Assembly (NCBI GenBank): GCA_017510785.1
Contig: JAFWMH010000032.1
Span: forward strand, 9,763 to 73,762
Direction of reading: 5' to 3'
Length of the DNA: 64,000 bases
Source: Atopobiaceae bacterium
GTDB taxonomy: Bacteria > Actinomycetota > Coriobacteriia > Coriobacteriales > Atopobiaceae
In this document: positions 8,392-17,450 of the stretch, piece after piece
Position numbering within the stretch: the stretch's first letter is position 1
Layout: each line of letters starts with the position of its first letter
Notes under the pieces: generated by a model
What the model was told of the DNA's origin: nothing
What the model saw: only the letters and a program-made list of their open reading frames with translations
The model's database searches: none
Position numbers and translations under genes: made by a program

Positions 8392-8970
8392 CTATATGCT
8401 GCGCAACACCTTGCACGGGTTCCCTACGGCAACGACGCCGGAGGGTATGTCGCGCGTCACCACACTTCCAGCGCCGATTACCACGTTGCTGCCTATGGTG
8501 ACGCCAGGGCATACCGAAACGTTCATACCAAACCACACGTTATCGCCTACGGTAATGGGGAGGGCGTATTCCAAGCCGGCGTTGCGTCGTTCGGTATCGA
8601 TTGGATGCCCTGCCGTCGAAAACACGCAGTTGGGGGCAATGTACACGTCGTGCCCGAAGCGAACGGGTGCCGCGTCAAGGACGATGAGCCCGTGGTTGGC
8701 ATAGAAGTTCTCGCCGAGGTGGATGTTCTTGCCGTAGTCGCACCAAAATGGCGGCTGAACGTGGGCCCGCTCGCCCGTGCTCCCCACAATAGTTCGGAGG
8801 GCTTTAAAAAGGCCCTCGCGGTTGCTCGGGCGTATGAGGTTGTAGTCGTAGCACAGGTCCTTGCACTCGTCGACTGCCGCCAACACGCGAGGGTCGAAGT
8901 TCGCGTCGTATAGCTCACCGGCTGTCGCCGCCGTCATTGCGGCCACCTCTGTGCGTACTTCTTGCTTCAT
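8392..8970 (-). CDS. Maltose/galactoside O-acetyltransferase (Maa/LacA family, left-handed beta-helix)
   Basis: N-terminal Mac domain (GELYDANFDPRVLAAVDECKDLCYDYN) and hexapeptide repeats (VGDNVWFGMNVSVCPGVTIGSNVVIGAGSVVTRDIPSGVVAVGNPCKV). ATG 8937 (GAGGTGG RBS) is an alternative start. Confidence 0.88.
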   Translation of the reverse strand: MKQEVRTEVAAMTAATAGELYDANFDPRVLAAVDECKDLCYDYNLIRPSNREGLFKALRTIVGSTGERAHVQPPFWCDYGKNIHLGENFYANHGLIVLDAAPVRFGHDVYIAPNCVFSTAGHPIDTERRNAGLEYALPITVGDNVWFGMNVSVCPGVTIGSNVVIGAGSVVTRDIPSGVVAVGNPCKVLRSI

Positions 8971-9035
8971 ACATCTCTCCTTGCGTTAGTGCGACCCACA
9001 AACCGAGCGGCCCACAAACCGAACCCTACTGCTCG

Positions 9036-10709
9036 CTACTGCTCGTCCTGGAACGTTTGGATGGCGCTCATGATGGCGGGAATCACCTGCTTTTTGCGGC
9101 TAACCACACCGGGCAAAATGGCCTTGCCATCTTGGGCCCTCACGTTGAAGGCGCGCTGCAAAAGATTCTCGGCCCTCGAACCCCAGTAGAGCATCTCGGT
9201 GGTTTGCGTGCGAATATCGGTGAACATGTAGAAGAGCGTGGGGAGGTGCTTCTCTTGCGCGGCCGTAGCGAAAAACGGGGCGAGTAGCTTTTCGGCCGCC
9301 ATGCGGCTGCGCTTCGTCATAAAGCTGCTTTGCCCAACGCCAAAGTTAAAGTCGCCGCGCGAGAAAATCTTGAAGTCGGAGTTGAAGAGTTCGTCGGCAG
9401 TGCGGCCGGTGAGGTCGGCGCCTGCGTCGAACATGGCATCGCTGTAGGCCTCGGGATCCTCGCCGCACAGATGGGCAAGCGCACGACCGGCCTCGATATC
9501 GGCAGAGGTGCACGTGGGGGACCGGAAGCACAGCGTGTCGGAGAGAATCGCGCTCATCATGAGGCCGGCGATGTTGGCAGGAATCTCGATGCCGTATTCC
9601 TGGAACATCTCGTAAATTATAGTGCACGTGCATCCCACGGGCTCGCAGCGGTAATAAATCGGTCCGGGAGTCTCGACGGTGCCCACGCGATGGTGGTCGA
9701 TTATCTCCATTATTTCGGCTTCGGCTATGCCGTCGACGGTTTGCGAAAGCTCGGCGTGGTCAACAAGAATGACGTGCTTCTTGTGGTAGCTCAGCATGTT
9801 TGCCGAACCAACGACGCCCACGTAGTCGCAGTTGTCGTCAATTACCGGGAAGAAGCGATGCTGCGTGCGTGCCATGACGCGCTGCGCTTCCTCTATGGAG
9901 GTGTTCACCGAGAAAAACTTGATTTTTTCCTCGGGAATCATCTTGGCGCGGACGGGAATGGACATGGTGATGAGACGCGATGCGGCGTACGTGTCGTACG
10001 GGGTCGTAATAATGGTGCAGCCGCGTTCCTCGGCGAGGTTGCGAATAACTCCCGTTATGTTGGCGCCACAGCAAATCACGAGGCAGCCGGCACCCGCTTC
10101 GAGGGCGAAACGCTGCGTTTCGTAGCGGTTGGTGACGAGCACTGTATCGCCGGGAACGATGAGGCCGTCCATCATTTCGGGCGTGGTGCCAATGAGGAGC
10201 TTCCCGCGCTCAATGATGCTGTTGGGATCGCCTACGATGATTTTTGCGTTGAGGGTGTCGAGGATGTTGCGGAAGCCGGTGCGAGCCTTGGAGAGCACGA
10301 ACGTATCCAAAATGTCCATGTTGGCGTTCGCAATGTCCTTAACGGCAATGAGCCCGATGAGGTTGTCGTCTTGGTCGGTAACGCAAAGCGTGCCGTGCAC
10401 GGTATCGCGCATGAGATTCCACGCCACGTTAAGGCTCGTCTCGCAGCTAATGCCCTGCAAGGGGGTTATCTCAAGGTCCTTGATTTGCGGCGCGACGCTC
10501 GTAATGAGCCTCGGCTCCGTAAAGCCAAAGTGGCGCAGCGCGTAGGCGGTTTCGCGATTGATGGCCCCGGCGCGACGAGCCTCGTAGGAGGTCTCAATAT
10601 CGGCGATTTGATTCTTAAGATACGCATAGCTAATTGCGGCGCAGATGCTATCGGTATCGGGGTTGAGGTGTCCAATAACGTTAATCTTGCGGATGGCGTC
10701 TGGCTTCAT
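9036..10709 (-). CDS. CBS-domain-containing family II inorganic pyrophosphatase, paralog 2
   Basis: 557 aa with an AAGGAG RBS. Reads MKPDAIRKINVIGHLNPDTDSICAAISYAYLKNQ..., IIDHHRVG, SAILSDTLCFRSPTCT. It is collinear with paralog 1 at roughly two-thirds identity by eye. Confidence 0.9.
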   Translation of the reverse strand: MKPDAIRKINVIGHLNPDTDSICAAISYAYLKNQIADIETSYEARRAGAINRETAYALRHFGFTEPRLITSVAPQIKDLEITPLQGISCETSLNVAWNLMRDTVHGTLCVTDQDDNLIGLIAVKDIANANMDILDTFVLSKARTGFRNILDTLNAKIIVGDPNSIIERGKLLIGTTPEMMDGLIVPGDTVLVTNRYETQRFALEAGAGCLVICCGANITGVIRNLAEERGCTIITTPYDTYAASRLITMSIPVRAKMIPEEKIKFFSVNTSIEEAQRVMARTQHRFFPVIDDNCDYVGVVGSANMLSYHKKHVILVDHAELSQTVDGIAEAEIMEIIDHHRVGTVETPGPIYYRCEPVGCTCTIIYEMFQEYGIEIPANIAGLMMSAILSDTLCFRSPTCTSADIEAGRALAHLCGEDPEAYSDAMFDAGADLTGRTADELFNSDFKIFSRGDFNFGVGQSSFMTKRSRMAAEKLLAPFFATAAQEKHLPTLFYMFTDIRTQTTEMLYWGSRAENLLQRAFNVRAQDGKAILPGVVSRKKQVIPAIMSAIQTFQDEQ

Positions 10710-10848
10710 GTCGCGGCGCTCCTTAGTTGGTATGGGATACTACAGTGTACGTAGTCCTCGAAGAAGTGCGCGCGATTTTTCGGTGGATGGAGTCGAGTCG
10801 CCGGGTTTGTAGTATCGTATGGGCAAACGATGACGAACGGAGCGTGGC

Positions 10849-11580
10849 GTGAACAAACCGGTATTGGGCATTTTGGGTGGCGTGGGGCCGCTCGCAACGG
10901 CGCTTCTCATTCGCATGGTAGTAGAGAAAACCCCAGCACGCGTCGACCAGGAACACATTCCTATGATCGTGTTCAACGATCCGCAAATTCCCGACCGTAC
11001 GGCACACATCCTCGACCGCAGCCAACCCGACCCATTGCCCGAGATGGCCAAGGTCGCCCGCTGGCTTCAGGACGCTGGTGCCGACTACATTGCCATTGCG
11101 TGCAACACAGCGCACTTCTACTACGACGGGATTACGGCGGCTGCTTCGATTCCGGTCCTCAACATTATGCATGAGACGGTGCGCGCGGTGTGCGATGCGG
11201 CTCCCGATGTATCGCTTGTGGGACTTATGGCGACGAGGGGTACGGTTGCCTCGGGCGTTTTCGAAACGTGCTTCAAGGAGCGCGGCGTTCGGTTGGCCGT
11301 GCCCGACGAGGCCGACCAGCAACTGCTCGATGCGCTTATCTACGAACAGGTGAAGGCGAACAAACCGTACGATGCCCAGGCGTTTTTGGCGGTTGCCCGA
11401 CATTTGCACGAGCGGGGTTGCGACGCCGTTGTGGTTGGCTGCACGGAGCTTTCCGTCGTTTACGAGGAGCTGGGGGAAAAGCCCGATTACCTGTACGACT
11501 CGCTCGACGTGCTTGCCGAGCGCTGCGTTGGCTGGTACTGCGCGTATCGCGAAATCGTATCCCAGCCCGCCGCGATTTAG
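10849..11580 (+). CDS. Aspartate racemase family protein (Asp/Glu racemase superfamily)
   Basis: GTG start after GGAG. Reads MNKPVLGILGGVGPLATALL, with the two catalytic-Cys regions YIAIACNTAHFY and AVVVGCTELSVV. Confidence 0.85.
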   Translation: MNKPVLGILGGVGPLATALLIRMVVEKTPARVDQEHIPMIVFNDPQIPDRTAHILDRSQPDPLPEMAKVARWLQDAGADYIAIACNTAHFYYDGITAAASIPVLNIMHETVRAVCDAAPDVSLVGLMATRGTVASGVFETCFKERGVRLAVPDEADQQLLDALIYEQVKANKPYDAQAFLAVARHLHERGCDAVVVGCTELSVVYEELGEKPDYLYDSLDVLAERCVGWYCAYREIVSQPAAI

Positions 11581-11618
11581 CAGAGAAAATCGAAGGAGCA
11601 CGTCTCTGGTGCCTGCCC

Positions 11619-11740
11619 CTAAAGAATGGTCAACTGCCCCGTCCGTGGCCCGGAGGGGGCCGTGCTCAAACAGTCCTCGTTCCTGCGGAACTGCGTGCGG
11701 CCGCGCCTCCGGGCCACTTTCCGATTTGACGTTTCGTTAG
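11619..11740 (+). repeat. Element A, copy 2: ~122-nt palindromic MITE/REP-like intergenic repeat
   Basis: CTAAAGAATGGTCAACTG...GTGGCCCGGAG...GTTCCTGCGGAAC...CTCCGGGCCAC...GATTTGACGTTTCGTTAG. It aligns with the reverse complement of 5747-5866 and again lies between convergent genes (racemase + / fruA -). Confidence 0.75.
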
Positions 11741-11789
11741 GAGCACACCTCTGGTGGAGACACCGTTCCGATGGAAAGCGCTGCCCCAC

Positions 11790-11821
11790 AAAAAAGGCCC
11801 GGAGGCGGATGCCTCCAGGCC
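11790..11821 (-). terminator. Rho-independent terminator of the fru operon
   Basis: The minus strand reads GGCCTGGAGGC-ATCC-GCCTCCGGGCC followed by TTTTTT, 29 nt downstream of the fruA stop. Confidence 0.7.
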
Positions 11822-11849
11822 AAGGGAAAGGATGTCCTACGCGTGCGTA

Positions 11850-13811
11850 CTACTCCTCAACGGGCTTCTTCCAGAAGGAGAGGAGCAGAGCGCCCACGAC
11901 GGAGCCAGCGAGAATGGCAACGAGCCACATGATGGGGTTGCCAATAACGGCGATAACCCAAGCGCCGCCGTGCGGTGCGGGGCTGTAGCACCCAAACGCT
12001 GCGGACATGCCACCGGCAATGGCGGAGCCAATAACGCAGGTGGGGATAACGTGGCCGGGGTCGGCAGCTGCGAAGGGGATGGCGCCCTCGGAGATGAACG
12101 AGAGACCCATGATGTAGTTGACGAGACCAGCGTCGCGGTCGGCCTTGCTCCACTTGTTCTTGAAGAAGGTAGTGGAAAGGGCGATCACCAGCGGGGGAAC
12201 CATGCCGCCAGCCATGCACGCGGCCATAACCTGCTGACCAGCGCCACCGAGGGTAGCGTCGGCGAGGAGGCCGGTGGAGAACACGTAGGAGGCCTTGTTG
12301 AAGGGGCCGCCGAAGTCGATGGACATCATGCCGCCCACGATGGCGCCGAGCAGGATGATGTTGGCACCCTGCATGCCACCGAGGAAGTCGTTAATGGCCG
12401 TGTTGATGGCACCGAAGATCGGGTTGAGGAGGTACATAACCGCACCGATGGCGAGGATGCCGAGCAGCGGGTACAGAAGGATGGGCTTGATGCCCTCAAG
12501 TGCCTCGGGCAGCTTGTCGCAGGCCTTCTCGATGTAGAGGGTGATGTAGCCTGCCAGGAAGCCGGCTGCAAGCGCGGCCAGGAAGCCGCCGGAGACGCAT
12601 ACGCTGGAGTCGAACTCAGGGGCGGTGGCGAGAAATGCCATGTTGATGCCGCTCTTGGCCATGAGGCCGCCAACAACACCGGGGGCGAGGCCAGGACGGT
12701 CGGCGATGGACATCGCGATGTAGCCGGCGAGGATGGGCAGCATCATGCCGAAGGCCTCTTCGCCAATCTTCTTGAAGAAGGCGGCGATCATGGTGGAGGA
12801 GCCGTAGGCACCGGTGCCGGCGGCACCCATGTCGACGAGGAAGGCGAGAGCGGTAATGATGCCGCCGCCGATGACGAACGGAAGCATGTGGCTAACGCCG
12901 TTCATGAGGTGCTTGTAGATTTGCGAGCCAAGGGACTCGTTTGAGCCGGCGGCTGCGTCGGCGGAAACGACGGTGCCTTCCTGGACGGGAGCCTCGTGGT
13001 TAAGAATAATGTTGATGAGCTTCTCGGGCTCGTTGATGCCGGCGCTTACGTTGGTGGAATACACCTGCTTGCCCGCAAAGCGCGCGCGGTCGACGTTTTT
13101 ATCTGCGGCAATAATGATGCCCTCGCAGTTGGCGATTTCCTCGGCCGTGAGGATGTTCTTGGCGCCTGCGGAGCCCTGGGTTTCGGCCTTGAGCACGAAG
13201 CCCATCTCGGCGGCCTTCTTCTCGAGGTTCTCGGCGGCCATGTAGGTGTGGGCGATGCCGGTGGGGCAGGCGGTGATGGCCAAAATCTTGGGATAGTTGC
13301 CGGAGCTGGCGGCTGCTGCCTGCTCGGCGGCCTTGGCGGCAGACTCGGCGTCGCGAGCGGCCTCGGCGTCGTCAATAACCTTGAGGAACTCTTGCGGCGT
13401 CTTGGCGGCGCGCAAAGCGTTGGCGAACTCCTCGTGCATGAGCATTGCCGAGAGGTTGGCGAGCATCTCGAGGTGCGTGTTGGCCTCTCCGTCGGGTGCG
13501 GCAATCATAAAGATGAGGTCAACGGGCGCTCCGTCGGGGGCGTTCCAATCCACACCGCCGGGTACCGTCATGGCGGCGAGGCCGGGCTGCTTTACGGCAG
13601 CAACCTTGGCATGCGGAATGGCGATGCCGTCGCCTACTGCGGTGGAGAACTCCTCCTCGCGGGCGAGAATGCCCTTCTTGTAACCCGCCTTGTCGGAGAT
13701 GTTGCCGGACGCATCCTGAAGTGCGACCAGCTGGTCGATGGCATCCATTTGGCTGGAGACCTTCGCCCCCACCTTGATGCCTTGCTGTTTGAGCAAGTCG
13801 GTAATCTTCAC
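11850..13811 (-). CDS. fruA: PTS fructose-specific transporter, fused IIA-IIB-IIC
   Basis: 653 aa. IIA region (GDGIAIPHAK), IIB region (KILAITACPTGIAHTYMAAE), polytopic IIC C-terminal half. GTG start after AAGGAG. Confidence 0.93.
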   Translation of the reverse strand: MKITDLLKQQGIKVGAKVSSQMDAIDQLVALQDASGNISDKAGYKKGILAREEEFSTAVGDGIAIPHAKVAAVKQPGLAAMTVPGGVDWNAPDGAPVDLIFMIAAPDGEANTHLEMLANLSAMLMHEEFANALRAAKTPQEFLKVIDDAEAARDAESAAKAAEQAAAASSGNYPKILAITACPTGIAHTYMAAENLEKKAAEMGFVLKAETQGSAGAKNILTAEEIANCEGIIIAADKNVDRARFAGKQVYSTNVSAGINEPEKLINIILNHEAPVQEGTVVSADAAAGSNESLGSQIYKHLMNGVSHMLPFVIGGGIITALAFLVDMGAAGTGAYGSSTMIAAFFKKIGEEAFGMMLPILAGYIAMSIADRPGLAPGVVGGLMAKSGINMAFLATAPEFDSSVCVSGGFLAALAAGFLAGYITLYIEKACDKLPEALEGIKPILLYPLLGILAIGAVMYLLNPIFGAINTAINDFLGGMQGANIILLGAIVGGMMSIDFGGPFNKASYVFSTGLLADATLGGAGQQVMAACMAGGMVPPLVIALSTTFFKNKWSKADRDAGLVNYIMGLSFISEGAIPFAAADPGHVIPTCVIGSAIAGGMSAAFGCYSPAPHGGAWVIAVIGNPIMWLVAILAGSVVGALLLSFWKKPVEE

Positions 13812-13916
13812 GTGCTACTCCTTCCTTTCCTTTCCTTTTCCTTCCAACTTTTCGTACTATGACCAGACCGGCGAGCCGGTCGTAAGTCCATATGGCCGAG
13901 CGGTTCCGCGGGAGCC

Positions 13917-14819
13917 TTACAGCGTGGCAAGAAGTGCCTCGACTTCGGGACGTGTGGCCAGGTCCTCCGAGAACGCGCTGGCAGAGCCGGTGCAAAGGCC
14001 CATGCGGAACGCCTGCGCATAGTCGCCCGTCTCGATGGTACCGGCAACGAAGCCTGCCACCATGGAGTCGCCCGCGCCTACGGAGTTGACGAGCTTGCCC
14101 TTGGGGGCTTCGCTCATCACTACTTCGCCTTTCTCACTCACGAACACGGCGCCTTCGCCGGCCATGGAAATGAGTACGTTGCGCGCGCCCTGCTCCTGGA
14201 GCTTCTTTGCGTAAGGAACGACCTCGTCCTTCTTGGCAAGCTTGACGCCAAAGATGTCGCCGAGCTCGTGGTTGTTGGGCTTAATTACGAACGGGTGATA
14301 CTTGAGGACGCGGGTGAGCAGGTCGCGCTCGGCGTCGACGGCAATGTTGATGCCGCGGCCGTCGAGGCGGCTCATGATGCGCTCGTACATGTCGCCCGGG
14401 AGCGTCGAGGGAACGCTGCCAGCAATTACGAGGTAGTCGCCTTCCTTGAGCTCGTCGAGCTTTGCGAACAACGCGTCGATGTCGGCCTCGGTAATGTTGG
14501 GGCCAAGACCGTTGACCTCGGTCTCCTCGTTGGATTTCATCTTAACATTGATGCGGCTCATGCCTTCGGCAACGTTGATGAAGTCGCACGTAACACCGTA
14601 CTTCTGCATGCTGTCCTCAATCTCGCGGCCCGTGAAGCCAGCCGTGAAGCCGAGCGCGGTGTTGTCGTGCCCGAGGTTCTTGAGGACGATGGACACGTTA
14701 ATGCCCTTGCCGCCGGGAAGGATGTTCTCGTAATTAACGCGATTGACCTCGCCCAGTTTGAGGTCATCCACCCGGACGATGTAGTCCAAGGACGGATTGA
14801 ATGTAACGGTGTAAATCAT
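13917..14819 (-). CDS. fruK: 1-phosphofructokinase (PfkB/ribokinase family)
   Basis: 300 aa. Reads MIYTVTFNPSLDY..., with a C-terminal VGAGDSMVAGF motif. Sits between the DeoR regulator and fruA. Confidence 0.92.
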   Translation of the reverse strand: MIYTVTFNPSLDYIVRVDDLKLGEVNRVNYENILPGGKGINVSIVLKNLGHDNTALGFTAGFTGREIEDSMQKYGVTCDFINVAEGMSRINVKMKSNEETEVNGLGPNITEADIDALFAKLDELKEGDYLVIAGSVPSTLPGDMYERIMSRLDGRGINIAVDAERDLLTRVLKYHPFVIKPNNHELGDIFGVKLAKKDEVVPYAKKLQEQGARNVLISMAGEGAVFVSEKGEVVMSEAPKGKLVNSVGAGDSMVAGFVAGTIETGDYAQAFRMGLCTGSASAFSEDLATRPEVEALLATL

Positions 14820-15574
14820 TGCTCCTCCACTTCCATAACGTTTCCTGCACTTCTATATGCACCCTCGCCTTCGGGCAGGCGGTCGGTGATGACCGTCGCG
14901 TCGTTGAAATCGGCGAAGGTGATAAGCGATATTTTAGAGAACTTGCTCGAGTCGCACAGGACGTAACGCCTAACGGTATGTTCGAGTGCGATTTGTTTTA
15001 CGGCGGCTTCGCTGAACTCCGGCGTCGTAAAGCCAGGTTCGAGACTTGCGCCATTGGTTCCCCAAAAGCCGAGCGTAAAGTGATAGCGCCGAATTGCATT
15101 AACGGTTTCGGCACCCACGAGGACCTCGGTGATGGGTTTTATCTCGCCGCCCGGAAGCAGCGTGTGGCATCCTTTGGCCAGCAGGTGCTGGGCGTGGGGG
15201 AGCGAGTTGGTGAGGTACGTTGCACGCGTTTCCGTAATGGCGTCGACAAGGCACTCGGTTGTAGTGCCGCCGTCAACAAACACGAAATCGTTTGGGCGGA
15301 TGAGCGTTGCCGCGTAAGCCGCGATGGCCCGCTTTGCCTCCATGTGGAGTTCCTGACGACCGGCGAAGGGCAAATCAGACAAAACGTAGTCCGAATTCGC
15401 GCGCGTAGCGCCGCCGTGTACCTTTTTTACCCTACCGAGTTTATGAAGTTTGCGCAAGTCACGACGGATGGTGGATTCGGAGGCATCGAGTGCATTCATG
15501 AGCTGCAATACCGAAACGGCGCCCTGTTCGTCAACCATGTTCGTTATGCGAGTTAGACGCTCTTCGGCCAGCAT
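14816..15574 (-). CDS. DeoR family transcriptional repressor (FruR-like)
   Basis: 252 aa. N-terminal wHTH (VSVLQLMNALDASESTIRRDLRKL) and a DeoR C-terminal sensor domain. 4-nt ATGA overlap with fruK. Confidence 0.9.
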   Translation of the reverse strand: MLAEERLTRITNMVDEQGAVSVLQLMNALDASESTIRRDLRKLHKLGRVKKVHGGATRANSDYVLSDLPFAGRQELHMEAKRAIAAYAATLIRPNDFVFVDGGTTTECLVDAITETRATYLTNSLPHAQHLLAKGCHTLLPGGEIKPITEVLVGAETVNAIRRYHFTLGFWGTNGASLEPGFTTPEFSEAAVKQIALEHTVRRYVLCDSSKFSKISLITFADFNDATVITDRLPEGEGAYRSAGNVMEVEEQ

Positions 15575-15598
15575 CGCATCCCCCCCTCTCCTTTATCT

Positions 15599-15627
15599 AT
15601 AATACTCCAAGTCATGTGCGTGTACAA
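15599..15627 (-). promoter_or_regulatory. Candidate sigma-70-type promoter of the fruR-fruK-fruA operon
   Basis: On the minus strand: TTGTAC (15627-15622), 17 nt, TATTAT (15604-15599), about 25 nt upstream of ATG 15574. Confidence 0.35.
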
Positions 15628-15865
15628 CCAAAAGCGGCCAAAACCGGCCATATCTTTTACGCTATGAGCTAGTATTAGTCTTAACCGGCAGTAACCTCAG
15701 TAACCTAATTGCCCGAAACATAACGGTTGTGGATACAATACTTGTTTTGCGTGGTCCGACATGCCCGACGCGGCTGCGTGACATTTTTGTTACCTGCTCT
15801 CCTTGGGGCCGTGCGAGGGGGGTTTGCGCTATGATGTGTCGCGAACCTATGGAGAAGGAGTCCGG

Positions 15866-17344
15866 ATGCTTGTTTACAACAGCCAAACCCATCGCAAGCA
15901 GGAGCTAGAACCCATTGAGCCTGGCAAAATCCGCATGTATGTGTGCGGGCCTACGGTGTACGACCAAATCCACATCGGCAACGGCCGGACGTTCCTCTCG
16001 TTCGATGTAATCCGTCGGTACCTCATGTACAAAGGGTATGTGGTGACGTTTGCCCAAAACCTTACCGACGTAGATGACAAAATCATCAATCGTGCCAACG
16101 AGCAAGGTCGCACCGCCGCCGAGGTTGCCGAGGAGTTTAGCAACAAGTTTATTGAGCAGATGCATCGCTTCGGCATTCTCGACCCCGATATTCGCCCGCG
16201 TGCCACGCGCGAGATCGAGGCCATGCAGGAGATGATTTCGCTGCTCATCGAGAAGGGCAATGCGTACCCTGTGCCCTCGGGCGACGTGTACTTCTCGGTT
16301 CGCTCCGACGCGGCTTATGGCGTGCTTTCGGGGCGCGACCTCGACCAGCTGCGTGCGGGCGAGCGTGTGGAGGTTAACGATGAGAAGCGCGACCCGTTCG
16401 ACTTCGCGCTTTGGAAGGCTGCCAAGCCCGGCGAGCCGAGCTGGCCGAGCCCGTGGGGCGACGGTCGCCCGGGCTGGCACACGGAGTGCTGTGCCATGAT
16501 TCATCGCTACCTTGGAACGCCTATCGACATTCACGGTGGTGGGTCCGACCTTATCTTCCCGCACCACGAGAATGAGACGGCCCAAGCCATGTGTGCGTGG
16601 AGTGCCCCGCTCGCCAACGTGTGGATGCATACGGGTATGCTGCAAATCAACGAAGAGAAGATGTCGAAGAGTCTTGGCAACTTCTACACGCTCAAGGAGG
16701 TGCTCGATCGGTATCCGGCAAACGCCGTACGGCTCCTCATGCTGCAAACGCATTATCGTGCGCCGCTGGACTTTTCGTTTGGGCGCCTAGATGGAGCGGT
16801 GAGCTCGCTCGAGCGTCTTGTTGGGTGCGTCAAGAACCTGCGATGGGCTGCGCATGCCGCACCGCAGGATGGCCATCTTACCGATGTGGACCATGCCTTT
16901 GGTACGGCGATTGACGAGGCGGTGCGTGAGTTCGAAACGTCGATGGACGACGACTTCAACACGGCGGGTGGTCTTGCGGCCATTTTTGGTCTTGTTACGA
17001 AGGCGAACAAGTACCTCGCCGAGGCAGCTGGTTCCATAGAGACGTCCGTAACGCTGCGTGCGGCCGATACCCTCGTGGAGCTGTGCAACGTGTTGGGTAT
17101 CGATATTGCGCGCGACACGCCGAAGAGCGATTTGCCGGCTGAGTTGGTTGGGCTTGCGGCGGAGTGGGCGGAGTACGCTGGCGACAATCCCGACGAGGCC
17201 GCCAAGGCACTGCTTGCGGCGCGTCAGGAGGCTCGCGCCGCTCGTGACTGGACGCGTGCCGACGCAATTCGCGACGGCATCGCAGCCCTTGGCCTTGTTG
17301 TGGAAGATACCGCTGCCGGCGCGCGTCTGCGCCAAAAGGACTAA
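15866..17344 (+). CDS. cysS: Cysteine--tRNA ligase
   Basis: Track ORF 15803..17344 trimmed to ATG 15866 (GGAGAAGGAG RBS). Class I signatures HIGN (VYDQIHIGNGRT) and KMSKS (EEKMSKSLGN) are present. Confidence 0.95.
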   Translation: MLVYNSQTHRKQELEPIEPGKIRMYVCGPTVYDQIHIGNGRTFLSFDVIRRYLMYKGYVVTFAQNLTDVDDKIINRANEQGRTAAEVAEEFSNKFIEQMHRFGILDPDIRPRATREIEAMQEMISLLIEKGNAYPVPSGDVYFSVRSDAAYGVLSGRDLDQLRAGERVEVNDEKRDPFDFALWKAAKPGEPSWPSPWGDGRPGWHTECCAMIHRYLGTPIDIHGGGSDLIFPHHENETAQAMCAWSAPLANVWMHTGMLQINEEKMSKSLGNFYTLKEVLDRYPANAVRLLMLQTHYRAPLDFSFGRLDGAVSSLERLVGCVKNLRWAAHAAPQDGHLTDVDHAFGTAIDEAVREFETSMDDDFNTAGGLAAIFGLVTKANKYLAEAAGSIETSVTLRAADTLVELCNVLGIDIARDTPKSDLPAELVGLAAEWAEYAGDNPDEAAKALLAARQEARAARDWTRADAIRDGIAALGLVVEDTAAGARLRQKD

Positions 17345-17450
17345 TAACGTAACTATGGGTTGTGGGGGATACTTGCCTGATGCACGAGGACTGTGGTGCA
17401 TGAGGGAAGTGTCCTCCAAGGCTCTTCTTGAACGAAAGGAACGAGGCCAC

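Noticed and set aside
15575-15865. A T-box leader upstream of cysS, and a SAM riboswitch upstream of metY (61859-62065).
   Set aside because: No T-box consensus (GGUGGUACCGCG-like) and no S-box/SAM-IV conserved cores are recognisable by eye. Only generic hairpins are present. An Rfam cmscan could overturn this.
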